A DNA stretch of 34,400 nt from a virus. Its lineage: Duplodnaviria > Caudoviricetes. The stretch is taken from the IMG/VR virus record IMGVR_UViG_3300038974_000152, positions 1 to 34,400 of that record. One strand, 5' to 3'. The notes under the pieces were generated by a model. The model did no database searches. It saw only the letters and a list, made by a program, of their open reading frames with translations, and was not told the origin of the DNA. The translations under genes and the position numbers were made by a program. Within the stretch, counting starts at the first letter, position 1, and each line of letters opens with the position of its first letter. This document shows, one piece after another, positions 17,989 to 26,633 of this stretch.

Positions 17989-18537
17989 ATGCCGACAAAA
18001 TCCAATAACACAGGTGGGCGCGGCGGCGCGAGACCCGGTGCGGGAAGAAAAAAGTCTGCGGTCAAGGAGAAAGCCGAGAACGGCAATCCGGGCGGGCGCA
18101 GATTGGAAGTGCTGGACATTCCCGAAGTCGAGGGTGTCGATATGCCAAAGCCCCATGAGTTCCTCTCCGCCGAGCAGCGTGACGGGAGTACGCTCCAGGC
18201 GGAAGAAATCTACACGGAAACTTGGGAGTGGTTAAAGAAGGTGGGCTGCGCGGCGAAGGTGTCTCCCCAGCTATTGGAGCGGTACGCCATGTGCAGCGCC
18301 CGCTGGATTCAGTGCGAGGAGATGACCAACCGCATGGGATTCCTCTCCAAGCATCCTACCACCCAGAAGCCGATCCCGTCCCCGTTCATCAACATCGGCA
18401 TCAATTACATGAACCAGGCGGTGCGGCTCTGGAACGAGATCTTCCAGATCGTGAAGGAAAACTGCAGTACCGATTACGGGGAGGTTTCTCCCCAGGATGA
18501 TTTGATGGAGCGTCTGCTCCGGGCAAGGAAGGGGTGA
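17989..18537 (+). CDS. terS: Terminase small subunit (P27-family-like)
   Basis: RGGARPGAGRKK, GNPG.R.L N-terminus; position after HNH. Confidence 0.8.
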   Translation: MPTKSNNTGGRGGARPGAGRKKSAVKEKAENGNPGGRRLEVLDIPEVEGVDMPKPHEFLSAEQRDGSTLQAEEIYTETWEWLKKVGCAAKVSPQLLERYAMCSARWIQCEEMTNRMGFLSKHPTTQKPIPSPFINIGINYMNQAVRLWNEIFQIVKENCSTDYGEVSPQDDLMERLLRARKG

Positions 18538-18541
18538 AGCC

Positions 18542-19327
18542 ATGTTTGAGAAAGTAAATCCGTGTCACCCGGATAAGGTGGCGGACCGTATCGCCGGCGC
18601 TCTGGTGGATATGGCGTACAGGAAAGAGGAGAATCCCAGGATTGCTGTGGAAGTCCTCATCGGCCACGGTGTCTGCCACATCATCGCGGAGAGTTCCGTA
18701 CACATTTCGCTGGGCGAGGTGGACGCTATTGTGAAGCGCATCGGCGGAAACCTGCACACGGATTATGTGGAAGTGCCGCAGGACGGACGCCTTGCCAATA
18801 ACCAGGCAGAAGGAATCCGCTGCGGCGACAACGGCATCTTCAAAGGGGTGCCGATTACGGAGGAACAGAAAGCCCTCTGCGAAATCGCAAAAAGTGTGTA
18901 TCACACTTACCCTTCGGATGGGAAGTACATCATAGACGAGGCAAGGCTGATCCTCTGCCAGAGCAATGCGCCCACAGAGGAACTGCAAAAGATGTATCCC
19001 ACCGCCGAGGTCAATCCCCTGGGCGACTGGACGGGCGGCACAGATGTGGACTCTGGCGCGACCAACCGGAAGCTGGGCAGCGACATGGCCGATTCCGTCA
19101 CGGGCGGCGGCCTGCACGGAAAAGACCTGTCCAAAGCCGATGTGTCTGTCAATATCTACGCATGGCTGAAGGCACAGGAAACCGGAAGACCGGTAGAACT
19201 GTGCTGCGCCATCGGGGATGATACGGTGGACGGTGTTCCCTACGCTGAGATCGTGGAGACTGCCCGGAGATACATCCAGAGCCTTGGTGGTTTTGAGAAA
19301 TTTGCGGAATGGGGGCTGGTGCGATGA
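18542..19327 (+). CDS. Compact S-adenosylmethionine synthetase (MetK-like)
   Basis: EKV...HPDKVADRI, GDNG, DSGATNRK, GGGLHGKDLSKAD correspond to MetK signatures; only 261 aa. Confidence 0.85.
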   Translation: MFEKVNPCHPDKVADRIAGALVDMAYRKEENPRIAVEVLIGHGVCHIIAESSVHISLGEVDAIVKRIGGNLHTDYVEVPQDGRLANNQAEGIRCGDNGIFKGVPITEEQKALCEIAKSVYHTYPSDGKYIIDEARLILCQSNAPTEELQKMYPTAEVNPLGDWTGGTDVDSGATNRKLGSDMADSVTGGGLHGKDLSKADVSVNIYAWLKAQETGRPVELCCAIGDDTVDGVPYAEIVETARRYIQSLGGFEKFAEWGLVR

Positions 19328-20577
19328 AGACAACGACCGAGATGCAGCTTGTGCCAATCGCCAAGCTGGTACCCTATGTGAACAACGCCCGCACCCATTC
19401 CCCGGAGCAGATCACAAAACTGCGCTCGTCCCTCCGGGAGTTCGGCTTTATCAATCCCGTCATCATCGACCGGGATTTTAATGTAATCGCCGGACACGGC
19501 AGAATCCTGGCGGCCAAGGAAGAAGGCATCGCTGAGGTTCCCTGTGTGTTTGCCGACCACCTCAGTGAGGCTCAGAAGAAAGCCTATATCATTGCGGACA
19601 ACCGTATGGCGATGGATGCCGGATGGGATGAGGAACTTCTGCGGGTGGAGATCGAGTCGTTGCAGGGCATGGACTTTGATCCCCTGCTGACCGGCTTTGA
19701 CGAGAAGGAACTGGCAGACCTGTTTGCGGATGATTCCGGCAGCAAAGCGAAGGATGATGATTTTGACCTGACAGCCGCGCTGGAGAAAGCCTCCTTTGTG
19801 GAGCAGGGCGATGTTTGGACGGTGGGCCGTCACCGCCTTGTATGCGGGGACGCTACCTCCGCCGAGGATGTGGCTCTGCTCATGGAGGGCAGGAAGGCCA
19901 ACCTTATCGTGACGGACCCGCCCTATGGCGTCTCCTTCAAAAGTTCCAGCGGTCTGACCATCCAGAACGATTCCATGAAGAACGAGGAATTTTACAGCTT
20001 CCTTCTCTCCGCTTTCAAGTGCATGGCAGATCATCTGGAGAAAGGCGGCGCGGCCTATGTGTTCCATGCGGACACCGAGGGGCTGAACTTCCGAAAGGCG
20101 TTCATTGACGCCGGGTTTCATCTGGCTGGCGTGTGTATCTGGGTGAAAAACTCCCTGGTGCTGGGGCGCTCCGACTACCAGTGGCAGCACGAGCCTGTGC
20201 TGTACGGCTTCCTGCAGAACGGCAAGCATCCCTGGTACTCCGACCGCAAGCAGACCACCATCTGGAATTACGATAAGCCAAAGCGCAACGCCAACCACCC
20301 GACCTCCAAGCCGCTGGACCTGCTGGGTTATCCCATCAGCAACTCCACCCAGGAGAATGCCGTGGTAATTGACACCTTCGGCGGCAGCGGCTCTACCATG
20401 ATGGCCTGTGAGCAGATGAACCGGGTCTGCTGCATGATGGAGCTGGATGAGAAGTACGCATCGGTCATCCTCCGCAGGGCCGTGGAGAACGGCATCCCGC
20501 CGGAGGATATTTTTGTGGAGAGAAATGGGGAGCAGATTCCATACTCCGCTCTTGTGAAGGAGGTGCAAACCTCTTGA
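19324..20577 (+). CDS. ParB/Srx-domain amino (N6A/N4C) DNA methyltransferase, beta class
   Basis: PYVNNARTH..EFGFINP..AGHGR ParB-like domain; TDPPY; HPTSKP; DTFGGSGST. Confidence 0.92.
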   Translation: MKTTTEMQLVPIAKLVPYVNNARTHSPEQITKLRSSLREFGFINPVIIDRDFNVIAGHGRILAAKEEGIAEVPCVFADHLSEAQKKAYIIADNRMAMDAGWDEELLRVEIESLQGMDFDPLLTGFDEKELADLFADDSGSKAKDDDFDLTAALEKASFVEQGDVWTVGRHRLVCGDATSAEDVALLMEGRKANLIVTDPPYGVSFKSSSGLTIQNDSMKNEEFYSFLLSAFKCMADHLEKGGAAYVFHADTEGLNFRKAFIDAGFHLAGVCIWVKNSLVLGRSDYQWQHEPVLYGFLQNGKHPWYSDRKQTTIWNYDKPKRNANHPTSKPLDLLGYPISNSTQENAVVIDTFGGSGSTMMACEQMNRVCCMMELDEKYASVILRRAVENGIPPEDIFVERNGEQIPYSALVKEVQTS

Positions 20578-22565
20578 ATCCTATATATAACCATAGTAGA
20601 GAGCCGGACAGAGCCGACAGGGATACACCAAAACCACAAAAACTGACTCTTGGCAGCCTGTTTGACGGTTCCGGTGGTTTCCCTCTGGGCGGCTTGCTTT
20701 CCGGCATTACCCCTGTGTGGGCTTCGGAGGTCGAACCGTTTCCCATCCGGGTGACTACAAAACGCCTGCCGTTTATGAAGCATTACGGCGATGTCTCCCG
20801 GATGGATGGCGGGAAGATCGAGCCGGTGGACATCATTACCTTCGGCTCGCCCTGCCAGGATATGAGCATCGCGGGTCGGCGGGAAGGATTGGACGGCTCC
20901 CGCTCCAGCCTTTTCTATGAAGCCGTCCGGATCGTAAAGGAAATGAGGTGTGCAACTGATGGCAGATATCCGAGGTATATCGTCTGGGAGAACGTCCCCG
21001 GCGCGTTCAGCTCCAACAAGGGCGCGGACTTCCAGTCTGTCCTTGAAGAAATCTGCTCGGTCAAAGGATACAAGATTGATCCTGCTCGACCTGAGAGATG
21101 GGCAAATGCCGGGGAAATCGTGGCAGACGATTTCAGTCTCGCATGGCGTGTATTTGATGCGCAGTACTGGGGAGTCCCCCAGCGCAGAAAACGCATCTAC
21201 CTTGTCGCAGATTTTACAGGCGGGAGTGCCGGAAAAATACTATTTGAGTCCGAAGGCGTGTCTGGGTATACTCCGCAGGGCTTCCGCCCGTGGCAAGGAA
21301 CTGCCGGAGCTTTTGCGGAAGGCACTGGAGCGTCAGGCTGCGTCTGCTTAAACGACCAGGGCGGCAGATGCATGGATGTGACGGAGGATGTGGCGGCAAC
21401 GCTCCGGGCGGAAAACCACGGACATCCTCCCTGTGTGGTGGGGGCGGCCGGTTTCTGTACCGAGCATTCCGCACAGGCAAGGGGCATCGGGTATGAGGAG
21501 GAAACCTCGCCCACCCTCCGTGCCGGTACAGTGCCGGCGGCGGTCTATGAGAACCATAGCCAGGACACCAGATACACCGGCCCGCTGGAGACAGCGCCCA
21601 CAGTCAACGCAACCTACGGCATGGGCGGGAATAACCAACCTTTTGTGGTGGAGACGCCCAAGACACTGAAGATCCGCTCCGGTTGCGAGGGCGGCGGCAA
21701 GGGCGCGCTGATCCAGGATAATAAATCCGCCACTCTCGGCTGTAACAATGACCAGGCTCTGTTCGTGCCGTTTGTGAAAGGTACCCGCCCACATTCTTCC
21801 GATGAGGGGCAGCAGTGGAAAGCATCCGATGTGGCGAATACGCTGAATACTTACGATATGGGAGAGGCCCGGTGCAATGAACTGGCGGTTAGGGTTTACG
21901 GTATCTGCTCCAAGGACAGCAACGCCATGAAATCCGAGAATCCGAAGAGCGGCTTCTACGAAGCGGAAACTTCCAGATGCCTGGATGCGAACGGCGGAAA
22001 TCCCACCTGTAACCAGGGCAGCATGGCCGTGGTGGCCCTGCAGGGTTCCATGATTGGCAGGGCGGATAAGAACGGTCCCCAGGGAAGCGGCGTGAACGAA
22101 GATGTGTCTTTCACGCTGGACGCTGCCGACCGCCATGCGGTGGCTTACTGTATGACCACCGGTACTTACACCCAGACGCTTAAAGAACAATCCCCGACTT
22201 TGATGGCGAGGGACTATAAGGACCCGCCTGTAGTGAACGAGACAGAGCCGGAATACATTGTCCGCAGGCTGACGCCCACCGAATGCGCCAGACTGCAAGG
22301 GTTCCCGGACTGGTGGTGCGCTGGGCTTGGGACAGACGAGCCGACCGAGGATGAGATCGAGTTCTGGACAGAGGTGTTTGAGACACACCGCTCCGTCATT
22401 GGGAAGTCCTCCAGACCCAAGAGCCGGAACCAGATCATCAAGTGGCTGAAGAATCCCCACTCCGACAGTGCGGAATATAAAATGTGGGGCAACGGCGTGG
22501 CACTCCCCAACGTCTATTTCGTGCTTTCCGGGATCGTGTACTATGCACAGTTTTCGGAAGGATAA
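20574..22565 (+). CDS. Large DNA (cytosine-5) methyltransferase, probably multispecific
   Basis: SLFDGSGG, FGSPCQD, ENVPG, PQRRKR, RRLTPTECARLQGFPD, WGNGV; long repetitive variable region; start uncertain. Confidence 0.92.
   Translation: MNPIYNHSREPDRADRDTPKPQKLTLGSLFDGSGGFPLGGLLSGITPVWASEVEPFPIRVTTKRLPFMKHYGDVSRMDGGKIEPVDIITFGSPCQDMSIAGRREGLDGSRSSLFYEAVRIVKEMRCATDGRYPRYIVWENVPGAFSSNKGADFQSVLEEICSVKGYKIDPARPERWANAGEIVADDFSLAWRVFDAQYWGVPQRRKRIYLVADFTGGSAGKILFESEGVSGYTPQGFRPWQGTAGAFAEGTGASGCVCLNDQGGRCMDVTEDVAATLRAENHGHPPCVVGAAGFCTEHSAQARGIGYEEETSPTLRAGTVPAAVYENHSQDTRYTGPLETAPTVNATYGMGGNNQPFVVETPKTLKIRSGCEGGGKGALIQDNKSATLGCNNDQALFVPFVKGTRPHSSDEGQQWKASDVANTLNTYDMGEARCNELAVRVYGICSKDSNAMKSENPKSGFYEAETSRCLDANGGNPTCNQGSMAVVALQGSMIGRADKNGPQGSGVNEDVSFTLDAADRHAVAYCMTTGTYTQTLKEQSPTLMARDYKDPPVVNETEPEYIVRRLTPTECARLQGFPDWWCAGLGTDEPTEDEIEFWTEVFETHRSVIGKSSRPKSRNQIIKWLKNPHSDSAEYKMWGNGVALPNVYFVLSGIVYYAQFSEG
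20959..21351 (+). CDS. Nested +1-frame ORF, putative small methyltransferase subunit
   Basis: GAGGTG (20945-20950) 8 nt before ATG 20959; LSQILQAGVPEKYYLSPKACLGILRRA..RGKELP resembles a conserved C5-MTase segment. Confidence 0.6.
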   Translation: MADIRGISSGRTSPARSAPTRARTSSLSLKKSARSKDTRLILLDLRDGQMPGKSWQTISVSHGVYLMRSTGESPSAENASTLSQILQAGVPEKYYLSPKACLGILRRASARGKELPELLRKALERQAASA

Positions 22566-22592
22566 ATTGGTTTCTATTCTACAGAGAAATGT

Positions 22593-22637
22593 GCGAAAAC
22601 CGCTTGCTATTTCAGGGTTTCAGAGTGATTAATGTAC
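22593..22637 (+). promoter_or_regulatory. Conserved upstream motif, copy A (putative promoter)
   Basis: GCGAAA-N4-CTTGCTATT-N10-AGAGTGA; same spacing as copy B. Confidence 0.6.
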
Positions 22638-22665
22638 TACCAAAAAACAAAGGAGGTTTTCGCAC

Positions 22666-23385
22666 ATGGAAATCAGATACAATGTGACGGGCGCCAAGCG
22701 CAAAGAACTGGTAAAGGTCATCGCCGATGCCACCGGCGCCAGGGCGGAATACAAGTTCATGTCCACCTGCAATTACGAGATTGGTTATTTCACGGTCACC
22801 AAGGATGGGACGCTCCTATTTGACGACCGTGCCGACAGCGAGAAAGTCGAACGGGTGCTGGAAGCCATCGCCGCCGCCAGCTTTGAATGTGAGCCGCAGG
22901 ACGGCGGTGAGCAGCCCTTCGGGGAGGAAAACAAGGAAGCAGCAGAAGCCGCCGACACGGCGCCACAGGAGGAAAACGTGGGGCTTACGGTGGAAATCCC
23001 GCTGGATCGGGTGTCGGTGGGCAACCTTACCAAGTTGTTGGACGCCAAAGGGAATCTGATACGGAAAGCCCTGGGCATCACCGACCTTCGCATTGAGGTG
23101 CTGGATGACCGGGTGGCGTTCCCCTGGTTCTCTCAGGTAGATGCGGATTCCTCAGCCGCCTACACCCACTTCATCTCCGCGCTTTGCGAGATGAGCAGGA
23201 ATGCTAAGCGGGTGACAGCGACCGAGAAACCGGTGGATAACGAGAAATATGCCTTCCGCTGCTTTCTCCTGCGCCTGGGTTTCATCGGCAGCGAGTACAA
23301 GATGGAACGCAAAATTCTGCTGAAGAACCTGACCGGTTCCTCGGCCTTCAAGAACGGGGGTGTGAGCCATGAAGTTTCCAAGTAG
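22666..23385 (+). CDS. Phage protein with amidoligase-like C-terminal domain
   Basis: AAAGGAGG RBS; C-terminus NEKYAFRCFLLRLGFIG aligns with 24051-25001; acidic linker. Confidence 0.8.
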   Translation: MEIRYNVTGAKRKELVKVIADATGARAEYKFMSTCNYEIGYFTVTKDGTLLFDDRADSEKVERVLEAIAAASFECEPQDGGEQPFGEENKEAAEAADTAPQEENVGLTVEIPLDRVSVGNLTKLLDAKGNLIRKALGITDLRIEVLDDRVAFPWFSQVDADSSAAYTHFISALCEMSRNAKRVTATEKPVDNEKYAFRCFLLRLGFIGSEYKMERKILLKNLTGSSAFKNGGVSHEVSK

Positions 23386-23605
23386 AGAGATTGTGGAGCG
23401 CATCCGCCGTGAATACCCCGCCGGCACCAGTGTGGAACTGGTGCGGATGGATGATGTGCAGGCTCCGCCTGCCAGCACAAAAGGCACCGTCAAAGGCGTG
23501 GATGATACCGGATCCCTCCTCATGCGCTGGGACAACGGCAGCGGCCTGAACGTGGTCTATGGGGAGGACGTTGTGAAAAAGGTGGGTGACCGCCATGCCG
23601 AATAA
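23369..23605 (+). CDS. DUF4314-family small protein
   Basis: YPAGT.VELVRMDD....P..TKGTV.GVDD.G....WDNGSGL..YGED. Confidence 0.8.
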   Translation: MKFPSREIVERIRREYPAGTSVELVRMDDVQAPPASTKGTVKGVDDTGSLLMRWDNGSGLNVVYGEDVVKKVGDRHAE

Positions 23606-23912
23606 CATTCTGAAGGACTTCTTCTATGGGAACATCAATCCGAATGAAAAGCAGTTTGACCGTAATTCGGAGTATGGAAAGGCTGCCGCTGGTCTGGCTG
23701 ATGAAGAAGAAAAACTCCGATCCATGCTGGATCAGGAGGCAGCCACAGTCCTCGATAAGATGATTTGCCTGCAAGCCGCCATTGCGGGTATGACCGCCGA
23801 GGAGTACTTCATCGACGGGCTGCGGACGGGATTCCGCCTGGCTCTTGCTATCCTTGATGAGGAGGAAAACGGCCTTCTCAAGCCAATATCGGATGGCGGC
23901 AAACAGCCATGA
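23595..23912 (+). CDS. DUF6809-like helical protein
   Basis: IL.DFFYGNINP.E ... EYFIDGLRTG..L pattern. Confidence 0.7.
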   Translation: MPNNILKDFFYGNINPNEKQFDRNSEYGKAAAGLADEEEKLRSMLDQEAATVLDKMICLQAAIAGMTAEEYFIDGLRTGFRLALAILDEEENGLLKPISDGGKQP

Positions 23913-23914
23913 AC

Positions 23915-23999
23915 TACACAATATCCTGCGGTCATCTTTGTGTAATATATAACGCGAAATGAACTTGCTATTATCCTCTTTTAGAGCGAATATGTGTAC
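23915..23999 (+). promoter_or_regulatory. Conserved upstream motif, copy B, with operator-like inverted repeat
   Basis: tacacaa (23915-23921) / ttgtgta (23938-23944); GCGAAA-N4-CTTGCTATT-N10-AGAGCGA at 23954-23989. Confidence 0.6.
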
Positions 24000-24050
24000 A
24001 CCGAAAGGGAAAACACACAGCCGCGAGGCAGAAAAACGGAGGATTTCAGA

Positions 24051-25001
24051 ATGAACGAGAAAACAGCAAGGCAGATTGCAGAGATGAAGAACCAGACCAT
24101 CGGGGTCGAGGTCGAGATGAACAGCATCACCCGCCAGAAGGCAGCGAAGGTTGCCGCCGCCTACTTCGGCACAGGCAGATACGAGAACACCGTCGGCCGC
24201 AACGGGTACAGCACCTGGTCGGCTTGGGATGCAGATGGGCGCGAGTGGAAATTCCAGAAGGACGTTTCCATTGCGGGGCCGGACGAGCAGAAATGCGAAC
24301 TGGTCACCCCGATCCTGACCTACGGCGACATCGAAACCCTGCAGGAGCTTTGCAGACAGCTTAGACACGCAGGTGCCAAGAGCGATGCCTCCAGAGGATG
24401 CGGAGTCCACATCCACATCGGGGCGCAGGGGCACACGCCGCAGAGCCTTCGGAACCTTGCCAACATCATGGCGAGCCATGAAAGCCTGATTGCCGAGGCG
24501 CTGAAGCTCGACCAGGGACGCATGAGCCGCTACTGCCGCACGGTAGACCCTCGGTTTTTGGAGCAGGTCAACCGCAGGAAGCCCCGCTCGATGGCGCACC
24601 TTGCGGACATCTGGTACACCAGCAACGGCGCAAGCTACGGCAGGAGCCACCACTACAACGACAGCCGCTACCATATGCTCAACCTCCATGCCACCTTTAC
24701 CAAGGGGACGGTCGAGTTCCGGCTCTTCCAATTCGATGAGCCGACCGCAGAGCGCAGGGGCGGCATCCACGCAGGGCAGCTTAAGAGCTACATCCAGCTT
24801 TGCTTGGCCTTAAGCCAAATGGCGAAGATGGTGCGCACTGCCAGCCCCAAGCCCCAGCAGAACGAGAATCCCAAATACGCCATGCGCACCTGGCTCCTCC
24901 GCCTGGGCTTCATCGGCGAGGAGTTCGCAACGGCCAGGGATTTCCTGACCCGCAACCTGATCGGGGACACCGCCTTCCGGCACGGCAGAGCCGCCGCTTG
25001 A
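24051..25001 (+). CDS. Putative amidoligase (COOH-NH2 ligase, glutamine synthetase-like fold)
   Basis: GVEVEM, DVSI, CELVTPIL, CGVHIHIG, RYHMLN, TVEFRLF; GGAGG RBS. Confidence 0.88.
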   Translation: MNEKTARQIAEMKNQTIGVEVEMNSITRQKAAKVAAAYFGTGRYENTVGRNGYSTWSAWDADGREWKFQKDVSIAGPDEQKCELVTPILTYGDIETLQELCRQLRHAGAKSDASRGCGVHIHIGAQGHTPQSLRNLANIMASHESLIAEALKLDQGRMSRYCRTVDPRFLEQVNRRKPRSMAHLADIWYTSNGASYGRSHHYNDSRYHMLNLHATFTKGTVEFRLFQFDEPTAERRGGIHAGQLKSYIQLCLALSQMAKMVRTASPKPQQNENPKYAMRTWLLRLGFIGEEFATARDFLTRNLIGDTAFRHGRAAA

Positions 25002-25008
25002 AGGATTC

Positions 25009-25090
25009 GCAGGAGTTAGCCTCCTGCCACCTTACCCCTGACCGCTTCGGCGGTCTTAAGGTGGTAGAAGGGTAACCCCTTCGGAAAGGA
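25009..25090 (+). ncRNA. Structured intergenic RNA element (candidate cis-regulator)
   Basis: Three stems including gaccgc-UUCG-gcggtc; fills almost the whole intergenic gap. Confidence 0.45.
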
Positions 25091-25098
25091 TGGATACC

Positions 25099-25575
25099 AT
25101 GAAAGAAAAAAGATACTACATCGCTTACGGCAGCAATCTAAATGTCCCGCAGATGCGGATGCGCTGCCCCCACGCCACGATCCTCGGCACGGCAAACCTG
25201 AAAGGCTGGGAACTGCTATTTAAGGGAAGCAAGACCGGCTCCTACCTGACCATTGAGGAGCGCAAAGGCGGCATGGTCCCCGTGGTGATCTGGGAGGTGA
25301 CGGCGACCGATGAAGCTGCCCTCGACCGCTACGAGGGATTCCCCAATTTCTACTACAAGCGGGATATTAAACTCCAGTACAAAGGCATCCGCACCGGGAA
25401 ACGTAGGACGGTGACGGCTTTTGCCTACATCATGCATGAGGATAGGCCGGTTGGGGTTCCGAGCAATCTTTACATGAGAACCTGCTTGGAAGGATATGAT
25501 ATTTTCCACTTTGATAAGAACATCCTGGTTGACGCCTACGATAAATGCAGGGAGGTATGCGGTTATGAAGGATAA
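25099..25575 (+). CDS. Gamma-glutamylcyclotransferase (AIG2-like) family protein
   Basis: YIAYGSNL, RCP.A, LDRYEGFP..Y with catalytic-type Glu. Confidence 0.88.
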   Translation: MKEKRYYIAYGSNLNVPQMRMRCPHATILGTANLKGWELLFKGSKTGSYLTIEERKGGMVPVVIWEVTATDEAALDRYEGFPNFYYKRDIKLQYKGIRTGKRRTVTAFAYIMHEDRPVGVPSNLYMRTCLEGYDIFHFDKNILVDAYDKCREVCGYEG

Positions 25576-25774
25576 CATTACGAGAATGGCGGTCTGCCCG
25601 CTTTGCGGCAGGGTCTACCACGGCGCTCCGGCGCTTTCGCGGGAGGATAATGAAACGCTCATCTGCCCGGACTGCGGCACCCGGCAGGCGCTCCAATCCA
25701 TTGGCGTGGAGCCGTCAGAGCAGGAGCAGATCATTGAGACGATCCACCGGCATATGGAAAGACTGCCTGGTTGA
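25565..25774 (+). CDS. Small zinc-ribbon protein
   Basis: CPLC...PALSR.DN...ICPDC; overlaps the cyclotransferase stop. Confidence 0.75.
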   Translation: MKDNITRMAVCPLCGRVYHGAPALSREDNETLICPDCGTRQALQSIGVEPSEQEQIIETIHRHMERLPG

Positions 25775-25798
25775 AAACTAACAACATTCCTGTATAAT
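25771..25798 (+). promoter_or_regulatory. sigma-A promoter of the hydrolase moron
   Basis: TTGAAA, 16-bp spacer, TATAAT. Confidence 0.55.
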
Positions 25799-25849
25799 AA
25801 AGATGTCTTGATAGAGACAAATCGGAAATTGGCAGTGAGGTGAGGCAAG

Positions 25850-26596
25850 TTGCAATACAAAGAATACGGTAAACAGAATCGAGATGTGATTATTCTTCTG
25901 CATGGCGGCGGCTTGTCATGGTGGAATTACCGAGAAGTGTCTGAACGACTTCAAAATGATTTTCGGATAATTATCCCGATATTGGATGGTCACGCAGGAA
26001 GCGATGAAAATTTCACAACAATCGAAGACAATGCCGCTGAAATCATTTCTTTTATTGATAGGAACTTTGGAGGTTCGGTATTGCTGATTGGCGGGTTATC
26101 TCTCGGCGGTCAAATATTACTTGAAATGTTATCTCGGCGAAAAGACCTTTGCCGTTTTGCAATGGTCGAGAGCGCAGCGGCTATTCCATCCAAACTAACT
26201 TATTCGTTGATTAAGCCGGCATTTGGAAGCTGTTATGAGTTGATTCGGCAAAAATGGTTTTCTAAACTGCAATTTCGTTCACTCCGAATGAAGCCGGAAC
26301 TCTTCAATGACTATTATCAAGATACTTGCGGCATTACGAAGCAAAATATGATTGCGTTCTTACAAGAAAGTTCTATGTATTTCATGAAGAAGTCTCTTGG
26401 AGAGTGCGTGGCAGAAATCCATTTGTTTGTCGGGGAGCGGGAAAACAAACGTATCTTGCTTTCTGCGAGAAAGCTGCATGAAACGCTGGAAAAAAGCAGC
26501 ATAAATGTCCTTCCAGCTATGTATCATGGAGAGTTTTCCATCAACCATGCCGATCTCTATGTAAAAGAATTGTGTGCCATTGTTAAACAGCATTAA
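25850..26596 (+). CDS. Alpha/beta hydrolase (moron)
   Basis: LLHGGG, GLSLGG nucleophile elbow, C-terminal HGEF; AT-rich; GAGGTGAGG RBS with TTG start. Confidence 0.85.
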   Translation: MQYKEYGKQNRDVIILLHGGGLSWWNYREVSERLQNDFRIIIPILDGHAGSDENFTTIEDNAAEIISFIDRNFGGSVLLIGGLSLGGQILLEMLSRRKDLCRFAMVESAAAIPSKLTYSLIKPAFGSCYELIRQKWFSKLQFRSLRMKPELFNDYYQDTCGITKQNMIAFLQESSMYFMKKSLGECVAEIHLFVGERENKRILLSARKLHETLEKSSINVLPAMYHGEFSINHADLYVKELCAIVKQH

Positions 26597-26633
26597 CTTC
26601 CAGTTTATTGAATGAAAGCAAAAAAACTTTATC

